Origin: a virus
Lineage: Duplodnaviria > Caudoviricetes
Strand: one strand, 5' to 3'
DNA: 40,392 bases
IMG/VR virus record: IMGVR_UViG_3300030376_003333
Location: 1-40,392 of that record
The number at the start of each line of letters is the position of its first letter. The first letter of the stretch is position 1. Under the pieces are notes generated by a model. That model saw only the letters and a program-made list of their open reading frames with translations. It did not search any database and was not told where the DNA came from. Positions 1 to 6,466 of the stretch are shown here, in pieces. Position numbers and translations under genes: made by a program.

Positions 1-1
1 T

Positions 2-196
2 AATCTCAACGGATTTAACTTCAACCAATCGGTTGTGGATGCTTCTGGTAAGCCTGTGCCTACTTGGGCTGATGTCATCAACAGGGCAAACCTTGGTTTC
101 GAGGTTATGCATGAAAGGAATGCACACAATTTCCCACTCGACTTAGCGTCGGTAGATACAACTGAAGTAGCTCTTATAGCTCCGACAATAGGATAA
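2..196 (+). CDS. psbA: Photosystem II D1 protein, 3' fragment (5' truncated by window)
   Basis: Not in the ORF track. Frame 2 translates [64 protein letters not shown], the D1 C-terminus with its cleavable extension. TAA at 194-196. Confidence 0.98.
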   Translation, partial: NLNGFNFNQSVVDASGKPVPTWADVINRANLGFEVMHERNAHNFPLDLASVDTTEVALIAPTIG

Positions 197-204
197 ATAA
201 ATAC

Positions 205-1926
205 ATGCAAGATCTAAAAGCCCTAGAGGCTAAGATTAAGGGAGACTTTCGAGTCTTCCTTTCACTTGTATGGAAAGAACTAGACCTACCTAAACCTACA
301 AGAGCACAACTAGCTATAGCTGAATATTTACAACATGGTCCAAAACGTCTACAGATCTCTGCCTTCCGTGGTGTTGGTAAATCTTGGATTTCAGCTGCTT
401 TTGTCCTTTGGACTCTCTTCAAAGATCCAGATAAGAAGATCATGGTTATCTCTGCCTCCAAAGAACGAGCTGATAACTTTAGTATCTTTTGTCAAAAGCT
501 AATAGTTGATATTGATTGGTTGACGTTCCTTGAACCATCCTCAGCTGATCAACGTTGGTCCCGTATCTCTTTTGATGTTGGACCTGCTAAACCCCATCAA
601 GCCCCCTCTGTTAAGTCTGTAGGTATTACAGGACAGATGACAGGTTCTAGAGCAGACCTCATGATCTTTGATGACGTTGAGGTTCCTGCTAACTCTGCAA
701 CAGATATGCAGAGAGAAAAACTACTACAATTAGTATCCGAAAGTGAAAGTATCCTCACACCAGACGAAGACTCCAGAATCTTATTTCTCGGAACACCCCA
801 ATCAACTTTTACAATATACAGAAAGCTTGCAGAACGCAGCTACCGCCCATTCGTATGGCCTGCCAGGTACCCAAAAGACCTCAGTAAATACGAAGGACTA
901 CTCGCTCCACAGCTGGTTGCAGATATCGAGCAAGGAGTGGAGGCTTGGGCACCCACCGACACACGATTTATAGAACATGACCTCTTAGAAAGAGAGGCTG
1001 CTATGGGCCGAAGCAACTTCATGCTTCAGTTCATGATCGATACGTCTCTATCTGATGCTGAGAAGTTCCCCCTTAAGTTCCAAGACCTCATAGTTACTCC
1101 TCTAGGAGAAGAGTGTGCTGAGCGCTACGCCTGGTCCGCTGATCCTAGATATATGATTAAAGAACTTAACCCCGTAGGACTGCCTGGAGATCGCTTCTAT
1201 GCCCCTATGTACATCGAGGAGGGTGTTTGTCCATATGATGAGACAATCGTCTCTGTGGATCCCTCAGGACGCGGTACAGACGAAACAGTAGCCGTAGTTC
1301 TATCTCAATGCAACGGTTACATCTTCGTTAGAGATATGAGAGCCTTCAAGGAAGGTTACTCAGATAGAACCCTTCAAAGCATCGTAAGGATGGGTAAGAA
1401 ATACAAAGCCTCTACAATGCTTATAGAATCTAACTTTGGTGATGGTGCTATTGCTGAGTTGATGAAAAGACATCTAATACAACTCAACGCTGGTATGCAC
1501 GTTGAAGAAACTAGAGCTACCGTTAGAAAAGAAGAAAGAATTATAGATACCCTTGAGCCTGTGATGAACCAACACAAGCTTATAATCGATCCTAAAGTCT
1601 GGGAATACGATTACTCCTCTAACCCTAATGAAGCCCCTGAGAGACGCCTAGAATATCAACTGGGCTATCAAATGAGCCGTATATGTAGAGAGAAAGGAGC
1701 TATTAAACATGACGATAGAGTCGATGCTCTCTCCCAAGGCGTTCAATGGTACATAGATGCCCTCGCTCAATCAGCCGCTAAGAACTTATCTATACGAAAG
1801 AATGAAGAATGGTCAGCTATGTTGACTGCCTTTGAAGAAGAACCACAACTAGCTACTGATGCGTTAGTACTAGGTAAATCCTTTAAATCTATCCCTACTG
1901 GAAATAAAGTCTATGACTGGGCTTAA
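205..1926 (+). CDS. terL: Terminase large subunit (T7 gp19-like)
   Basis: Walker A AFRGVGKS, GSRADLMIFDDVE Walker B, nuclease motifs VDPSGRGTDE and HDDRVDAL. Confidence 0.97.
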   Translation: MQDLKALEAKIKGDFRVFLSLVWKELDLPKPTRAQLAIAEYLQHGPKRLQISAFRGVGKSWISAAFVLWTLFKDPDKKIMVISASKERADNFSIFCQKLIVDIDWLTFLEPSSADQRWSRISFDVGPAKPHQAPSVKSVGITGQMTGSRADLMIFDDVEVPANSATDMQREKLLQLVSESESILTPDEDSRILFLGTPQSTFTIYRKLAERSYRPFVWPARYPKDLSKYEGLLAPQLVADIEQGVEAWAPTDTRFIEHDLLEREAAMGRSNFMLQFMIDTSLSDAEKFPLKFQDLIVTPLGEECAERYAWSADPRYMIKELNPVGLPGDRFYAPMYIEEGVCPYDETIVSVDPSGRGTDETVAVVLSQCNGYIFVRDMRAFKEGYSDRTLQSIVRMGKKYKASTMLIESNFGDGAIAELMKRHLIQLNAGMHVEETRATVRKEERIIDTLEPVMNQHKLIIDPKVWEYDYSSNPNEAPERRLEYQLGYQMSRICREKGAIKHDDRVDALSQGVQWYIDALAQSAAKNLSIRKNEEWSAMLTAFEEEPQLATDALVLGKSFKSIPTGNKVYDWA

Positions 1927-1941
1927 ACGAGGTCAGGGATG

Positions 1942-2012
1942 TATACAGAGGGAGTGGTGCCCCTTTGTGTGGATATTGTGGTGAGATTGGACCTCGACTA
2001 TACAGAGGTCCA
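1942..2012 (+). other. Two hairpins downstream of terL (possible terminator or processing signal)
   Basis: tatacagaggg/ccctttgtgtg (1942-1971, with G-U pairs) and tggacctc/gaggtcca (1988-2012). TATACAGAGG occurs in both. Confidence 0.45.
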
Positions 2013-2350
2013 TTCCTACATATCAAAGAGGTCAACTCTTAAAACTGATCGCACCACATATTAATTACAATTGACCGTTCTGTGAGATAGCAACACAGAC
2101 ATCCGCTACCCCTCAGGCAGGTACGAATGATACACATGAAGGATTACAAATGATCTACAGGCCAGGCTTCCCAAGAGGGATACCGATTGGCTTGAAGCAC
2201 ATGGTGAACTGAAAGTGAATCATCATAACCACAAACATCAATACACCTTGTATTATTTTTGATTATTCACCCTTCGGGTGCCGATCAAACACGATACAAC
2301 GTAGCTTTGATGTGATGTTTATGTATATCTAATTACCTTTAACCTATACC

Positions 2351-3004
2351 TTGAAACCTAATACTGTATCCCTTATCTCTATAACTCCTAAAGCAGAAGC
2401 TACCATTGCTTACTGTGCGAGAGTATCTAATCCCTCCAATCAGGATAACCCTGAGATAGAGAAGTTATTGAGATATCTAATCAACCATCAACATTGGTCT
2501 CCCTTTGAACTAGCTCATATAGTTCTAGAGATTAATACCACTAGATCTATTGCTGCTCAAATACTCAGACATAGATCCTTTAGCTTTCAAGAGTTCTCTC
2601 AACGCTATGCAGCTGTAGAGGACTTTGCCTCCTATCCTAACCTCAGAAGACAAGACCATAAGAATAGACAGAACTCTATCGATGATCTTGATCCCTTCGT
2701 ACTTCAACAGTTCCAAACGAGAGCACAGATCCTCTTCCAAAAGAGTAAACAGCTATACCAAGAGATGCTTGGGGCCGGAGTAGCCAAGGAGTCAGCACGC
2801 GAGGTGCTTCCCCTCGCTACTCCTACTCGTTTGTATATGTCTGGGACCGTTAGGTCGTGGATTCACTATGTAGAGCTTCGTTCGGGTAATGGAACGCAGT
2901 TGGAGCATCGTGAGGTAGCTTTAGCAGCTAAGGCTGTGATCTCTGAACATCTCCCTGCTGTAGCTAAGGCTGTCTGGTCGGAGCAAAATGACATAAATTT
3001 CTGA
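2351..3004 (+). CDS. thyX: FAD-dependent thymidylate synthase ThyX
   Basis: ThyX signature RHRSFSFQEFSQRY, plus HWSPFE and ESAREVLP. TTG start. Confidence 0.96.
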   Translation: MKPNTVSLISITPKAEATIAYCARVSNPSNQDNPEIEKLLRYLINHQHWSPFELAHIVLEINTTRSIAAQILRHRSFSFQEFSQRYAAVEDFASYPNLRRQDHKNRQNSIDDLDPFVLQQFQTRAQILFQKSKQLYQEMLGAGVAKESAREVLPLATPTRLYMSGTVRSWIHYVELRSGNGTQLEHREVALAAKAVISEHLPAVAKAVWSEQNDINF

Positions 3005-3017
3005 AGTCGGTACGTCG

Positions 3018-3054
3018 TATGGGGGTGATGATTATTCCCCTAAGGGGGTACCCC
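3018..3054 (+). repeat. TATGG-N9-TWATTCC-N5/6-GGGGTA hairpin element, copy A
   Basis: tatgg gggtgatga ttattcc cctaag ggggta cccc; same spacing as copies B-D. Confidence 0.65.
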
Positions 3055-3083
3055 TTTCCTTTTTTCGGAGGGGGTGGGGTATC

Positions 3084-3168
3084 AGATCCCAGTCATAGCA
3101 AGGGTAGTCATTAGACTATTAATCTAATTGGTTATTGTTCATTCCCTAAGATCCCTTGGTATCACTAG
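3084..3168. promoter_or_regulatory. Inverted pair of CCTTG(G/C)TAT(C/G)ACT(A/G)G motifs (IHF-like site candidates)
   Basis: agatcccagtcatagcaaggg (3084-3104) and agatcccttggtatcactag (3149-3168) carry the motif in opposite orientations. Confidence 0.5.
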
Positions 3169-3201
3169 AATTAAGTATTTATACTCTTACCATTTATATT
3201 T

Positions 3202-3216
3202 TGATAATGATTATCA
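3202..3216. promoter_or_regulatory. Fur-box-like 7-1-7 palindrome
   Basis: TGATAAT-G-ATTATCA is a perfect match to the Fur 7-1-7 consensus. Confidence 0.6.
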
Positions 3217-3255
3217 TTTCTATATTTATATATATGAACATCTGTGTGCCAACCT

Positions 3256-3465
3256 ATGACTAAGTATCAAAACATCATCCAACGTTGTCTACAAGAGCAG
3301 TATAAGCGGATAGATGAGCTCTTAACCCTAGTTCCTGATGGAATAGACCTAGGCAAAGACAAGACTGCCTCAGAGGCTGCTGTGGCTGTATTAAGTATTG
3401 AGGAAGAATGGATAATAGATCCAGTACTAAGAGAACAACTAACAATGCTTCATATAGATGAATAA
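3256..3465 (+). CDS. Hypothetical early protein
   Basis: ORF 3244..3465 in track; ATG at 3256 preferred over the GTG at 3244. No recognisable motif. Confidence 0.55.
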   Translation: MTKYQNIIQRCLQEQYKRIDELLTLVPDGIDLGKDKTASEAAVAVLSIEEEWIIDPVLREQLTMLHIDE

Positions 3466-3511
3466 CAACTACAGGAAATAGCTAATTAGATCACTCATCA
3501 CTACACACTGA

Positions 3512-3527
3512 TGTGATAAAAGATACA
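3512..3527. promoter_or_regulatory. NtcA/CRP-family-like binding site
   Basis: TGTG-ATAAAAGA-TACA is one mismatch from TGTA-N8-TACA and lies 15 bp upstream of the -35 box of the early promoter. Confidence 0.4.
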
Positions 3528-3542
3528 GTGACTAAATATCGC

Positions 3543-3571
3543 TTGCACTCAGTGAAATGACCATGTATATT
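3543..3571 (+). promoter_or_regulatory. Host sigma70-type early promoter
   Basis: TTGCAC-N17-TATATT, positioned ahead of the early gene cluster; predicted +1 about 3578. Confidence 0.7.
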
Positions 3572-3714
3572 AAATACATCGAGGGAAACAAACAAGTTTC
3601 GACCTTGACCAAACAATCTAACAAGGTTCCCAACCTTTATTGGGAGCGATACTGTCCGATGCTGCAGACCGTAGGCCGGAACGCGCCAACTTTCCCAATG
3701 TAGAGAACATTGGA

Positions 3715-3761
3715 GATCAGCAAGTCAAGGCTTGCTTGATGGTTCAAGTCCATCACTGATC
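3715..3761 (+). ncRNA. tRNA-elbow-like element E1
   Basis: Closing stem gatcag/ctgatc, small arm caag-tcaagg-cttg, T-arm tgatgg-TTCAAGT-ccatca. Confidence 0.7.
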
Positions 3762-3816
3762 ATTTGACAGTTTATTTTTTAAATTGTCATTTCCACTTAC
3801 AAAAGTAATAAACACC

Positions 3817-4164
3817 ATGAGAAAGATTGAAGCACAAATGAACAAAGCTATTTCTGACCAAAAGGATTGGCGTTCTGGTAACACAGAAGTCGAACAGTTT
3901 GGCGCTAATAGCTGCAATGTTTATTTACACGGCAACCTAATAGCAGAGATTAATCATCTTACTAAGGCTTGCAAGATCTCTAACGCTGGATGGGCAACAC
4001 CTACCACTAAGTCTCGTCTTAATGCAATCCTTCACCAGGTCACACACTGCATGAGAACAGACATCGGTGGTAAGTATGTCTATCAAAAGCAAGGTCAATG
4101 GTTCATCTCTGATATGAATACCCAATCAAGGGTTGAGTTCAAGGATGGATTCCAAACAGTCTGA
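3817..4164 (+). CDS. Hypothetical early protein (cyanophage MRKIE...-type family, from recall)
   Basis: ORF 3784..4164; ATG at 3817 (MRKIEAQMNKAI) is the more likely start. Motifs GNLIAEI and GWATPTTKSRLNAIL. Confidence 0.8.
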   Translation: MRKIEAQMNKAISDQKDWRSGNTEVEQFGANSCNVYLHGNLIAEINHLTKACKISNAGWATPTTKSRLNAILHQVTHCMRTDIGGKYVYQKQGQWFISDMNTQSRVEFKDGFQTV

Positions 4165-4198
4165 ATGGTTCAAGCCTGGTTCGATTCCAGGCCCAGAC
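4159..4198 (+). ncRNA. tRNA-elbow-like element E2
   Basis: gtctg/cagac closing stem, aatGGttcaa linker, gcctgg-TTCGATT-ccaggc. Overlaps the stop codon at 4162-4164. Confidence 0.7.
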
Positions 4199-4241
4199 AT
4201 AGGACATTTAGTCCTGAATTTGATCACTCATCAAACACACA

Positions 4242-4652
4242 ATGCTCACGCTAACCGCACCAACAGCAACTGTTCAAACTGTATTCACAGAAGACCAAAC
4301 TGAGCTACTTGAGGAACTTGAGTCAATGGACTTATTTCGTAAGTCATCTACATATAGATGGTTTATGGAGGAGCTAGCTGATGAAGGTATCGAGACTGTT
4401 TCAGATTGGGAGGAAAGATACAGTGGTTGTTTTGAAAACGGCCTTGAAAGTGGGATGGATAATGCAGGTGCTGAGTTTGCACAGAACTTAGCCGAGGAGT
4501 GTGGTGAGATACCTAGTGATTTACCTAGCTGGATTGACATTGATTGGAAAGGATCTTGGGACAACCTTAGATTCGACTACAACGCAATCGAAGTTCCTGC
4601 TGAGTCAGGTCATGGGTATATCCAAGAAACATTCTTCTTTCACAACTACTAA
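4242..4652 (+). CDS. Acidic ArdA-like anti-restriction / DNA-mimic protein (putative)
   Basis: Very D/E-rich 136 aa. AEFAQNLAEECGEIPSDLPSWIDIDWKGSWDNLRFDY resembles the ArdA C-terminal domain. Early position like T7 ocr. Confidence 0.65.
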   Translation: MLTLTAPTATVQTVFTEDQTELLEELESMDLFRKSSTYRWFMEELADEGIETVSDWEERYSGCFENGLESGMDNAGAEFAQNLAEECGEIPSDLPSWIDIDWKGSWDNLRFDYNAIEVPAESGHGYIQETFFFHNY

Positions 4653-4669
4653 TTTCCACTCAACCAAAC

Positions 4670-4716
4670 TGATAGAGGGTTAAGGCCCGCTAGCTGGTTC
4701 AACTCCAGCTCTATCA
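4670..4716 (+). ncRNA. tRNA-elbow-like element E3
   Basis: tgatag/ctatca closing stem, gggt-taag-gccc arm, agctgg-TTCAACT-ccagct. Confidence 0.7.
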
Positions 4717-4755
4717 CTTGAGGCACTTATTAGCCTCATCATTTCATATAGACAA

Positions 4756-4848
4756 ATGACACTATTCCTAAGCGTAGATGAATTCCTTGCCCTACCTCTT
4801 GATGAGGCTTTGGCATACATCCAATTCTTAAACGATCAAGGACAATGA
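4756..4848 (+). CDS. Small hypothetical protein (30 aa)
   Basis: MTLFLSVDEFLALPLDEALAYIQFLNDQGQ*; ATGA overlap with the next ORF. Below the ORF-track cutoff. Confidence 0.55.
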   Translation: MTLFLSVDEFLALPLDEALAYIQFLNDQGQ

Positions 4849-4967
4849 AGCGACCTACTTCAACACTTCCATTCTTCTGTATCGCTTTGATTGGATTATG
4901 TGGGGGTCCTATTTATGGGCCAATTGCTGTTGTTCTTATGACACCTGTTTGGCTAATGGGTATCTAA
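4845..4967 (+). CDS. Small hydrophobic (membrane) peptide (40 aa)
   Basis: MKRPTSTLPFFCIALIGLCGGPIYGPIAVVLMTPVWLMGI*; coupled to the upstream ORF by ATGA. Confidence 0.55.
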   Translation: MKRPTSTLPFFCIALIGLCGGPIYGPIAVVLMTPVWLMGI

Positions 4968-5008
4968 ATATGGGACCGTGACTTATTCCTTTAAGGGGTA
5001 CACGGTAC
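4962..5008 (+). repeat. TATGG...GGGGTA hairpin element, copy B
   Basis: atctaaatatgg gaccgtgac ttattcc tttaa ggggta cacggtac; outer stem accgtg/cacggt. Confidence 0.75.
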
Positions 5009-5035
5009 TAAACATCACTCATCATTTGCACCATT

Positions 5036-5302
5036 ATGTTATTCGGTCCCAACTACAACAATATCCCTAGACAATACAAGCAAGACAGCAAGTCGTTTAA
5101 GACGCTTGTAACTGCTTGGAGGGTTTGTGATTTAGCTGTAGTAATGATCAAGGCTAGAAGAAAGTCTATTTATAAAGCCTTAAGGGTTATTCCTCTTTGG
5201 TTGCTTATAGGTTTTTCATCTTTTACCTATGGTGGGCCTTTGGTTTTTACCATCTTTATCACCTGGGGAATTATCAGAATATTTAGAGCTTTTAATAAGT
5301 AA
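5036..5302 (+). CDS. Hypothetical membrane protein
   Basis: 88 aa ORF with two C-terminal hydrophobic segments around a GGP turn. Confidence 0.65.
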   Translation: MLFGPNYNNIPRQYKQDSKSFKTLVTAWRVCDLAVVMIKARRKSIYKALRVIPLWLLIGFSSFTYGGPLVFTIFITWGIIRIFRAFNK

Positions 5303-5304
5303 TC

Positions 5305-5351
5305 ATCTAAATATGGTACGCCAAGTAATTCCTAATAGGGGGTACTGGTAC
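5305..5351 (+). repeat. TATGG...GGGGTA hairpin element, copy C
   Basis: atctaaatatgg tacgccaag taattcc taatag ggggta ctggtac. Confidence 0.7.
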
Positions 5352-5446
5352 TTATTGCCATGCCACCTGGTAGCAGTTCGGCCTGCTTCAGAGTTCAAGT
5401 CTCTGACTACCTATTAACCGACACCGAGTCGGTTCTATTTAAACAA

Positions 5447-5680
5447 ATGAAAACGATTTCACCTAAGTCAACAAAAGCCCAGTTAATAGCTCATATCAAT
5501 GAGATGGAAACTCAGCTAAACGTGACTAAGGAAACATCACTCATCATTTCGTGGGAGTCACAGATAGCCAACCTAAAGGCTAGATGGGACATTCACACCA
5601 CAGAGTTTAAGGCTGCAAGAGATGACATGTTCAACACTGGTAAAGCAGTACGTGGATACATCACAGACTTCAACTTCTAA
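5447..5680 (+). CDS. Hypothetical early protein
   Basis: ORF 5360..5680; ATG at 5447 (MKTISPKSTKAQLIAHI) after an A-rich leader is the more likely start. Confidence 0.7.
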   Translation: MKTISPKSTKAQLIAHINEMETQLNVTKETSLIISWESQIANLKARWDIHTTEFKAARDDMFNTGKAVRGYITDFNF

Positions 5681-5681
5681 A

Positions 5682-5721
5682 AACTAAATGGTTCTTGCAG
5701 GGTTCGATTCCCTGCCTAGTT
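5682..5721 (+). ncRNA. tRNA-elbow-like element E4
   Basis: aacta/tagtt closing stem, aatGGttctt linker, gcaggg-TTCGATT-ccctgc. Immediately after the stop at 5680. Confidence 0.7.
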
Positions 5722-5776
5722 CTTCGCGCATTAACTAGCGGTCTAGAACGTTAGTTATATAAGCCGTACTTTTGAT

Positions 5777-5818
5777 GCTATGCCTGGTTGTCGGATGGTT
5801 CGATTCCATCCTCATAGC
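5777..5818 (+). ncRNA. tRNA-elbow-like element E5
   Basis: gctatg/catagc closing stem, cctGGttgtc linker, ggatgg-TTCGATT-ccatcc. Confidence 0.7.
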
Positions 5819-5821
5819 TTT

Positions 5822-5847
5822 GACTCTCCTATGTGAGGGTCTTTTTT
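5822..5847 (+). terminator. Intrinsic terminator
   Basis: gactctc-ctatgt-gagggtc followed by TTTTTT. Confidence 0.65.
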
Positions 5848-5866
5848 CTTTATTTCCACATAACCA

Positions 5867-6094
5867 ATGGACTATGTATTAACAGACACCGATTGTAGGT
5901 GCGGTCAAGTTCATGATGTTATGACCTTCGATACGCCAGAGGAGGCATCTTCTTATCGTGATGATTTATATGAGGCACTTGAAAGTGAGACAGATCAGAC
6001 TACGATCTGGAACATCAATGAATACATACGCCAATTGGATAGTCAACTTTATGACTACGACGAAAGACTTTCTATCGTAGAATTTGATAGTTGA
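5867..6094 (+). CDS. Hypothetical acidic early protein
   Basis: 75 aa ORF preceded directly by the TTCCACATAACCA motif. Confidence 0.7.
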   Translation: MDYVLTDTDCRCGQVHDVMTFDTPEEASSYRDDLYEALESETDQTTIWNINEYIRQLDSQLYDYDERLSIVEFDS

Positions 6095-6314
6095 GATTGT
6101 GACATTTGACACTTCCACTCACGAAAACATCGTAGCGCAGTATTCCTATACTGTGGTATATACAGATATAACCCATAAGCGCAGAGAATTTTGTACTTAT
6201 GCCAGGGATGCCTACGACGCAAGAGAACAGGCCGTCGAAATGATCGAAGACGTACAACACAACCCGAATAGAATTATCTACATACATAAAGAGAAACAAC
6301 CTCACAATTTCTAG
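6084..6314 (+). CDS. Hypothetical early protein
   Basis: 76 aa ORF overlapping the previous stop; TTG start uncertain. Confidence 0.55.
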   Translation: MIVEIVTFDTSTHENIVAQYSYTVVYTDITHKRREFCTYARDAYDAREQAVEMIEDVQHNPNRIIYIHKEKQPHNF

Positions 6315-6339
6315 TTATACCAAGGCTTTTGCATGAAAT

Positions 6340-6355
6340 TAGTACATGCTTACTA
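6340..6355. promoter_or_regulatory. Cyanobacterial LexA-box-like palindrome upstream of the RNAP gene
   Basis: TAGTAC-ATGC-TTACTA, two mismatches to RGTACNNNDGTWCB. Adjacent to an IHF-like motif at 6311-6325. Confidence 0.35.
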
Positions 6356-6388
6356 GCTTAGGATGACCTCTTCAACTTTTAAATAAAC

Positions 6389-6434
6389 ATCTAAATATGG
6401 GGCCGCGAGTTATTCCTTGAGGGGGTAGCCGGTC
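6389..6434 (+). repeat. TATGG...GGGGTA hairpin element, copy D
   Basis: atctaaatatgg ggccgcgag ttattcc ttgag ggggta gccggtc; ends 32 nt before the RNAP start. Confidence 0.75.
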
Positions 6435-6466
6435 TTTTAATCACTCATCAAATCAAAAAACTAACA

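Larger units (their letters stand above)
3005..3250. other. Probable genome terminus / terminal-repeat region
   Basis: Non-coding gap between the last late-side gene and the early genes. Contains G/C runs, an AT-rich tract, and CATCTGTG (3239-3246) resembling the T7 concatemer-junction ATCTGTT signal. Inferred from T7-like gene order. Confidence 0.5.

Noticed and set aside
3174-3185. AGTATTTATACT as a LexA box or T4-type late promoter
   Set aside because: The spacing is 2 bp too short for the cyanobacterial LexA box, TATAAATA promoters belong to T4-like phages, and the region is AT-rich.
3565-3577. NtcA site over the -10 box (GTA-N7-TAC)
   Set aside because: The spacer is 7, not the required 8.
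3715-5818. GGTTCGATTCC elements as tRNA genes or as 3' tRNA att remnants
   Set aside because: They have no anticodon arm or CCA end and their T-stems are 6 bp. Each has its own self-complementary closing stem, which an att remnant would lack.
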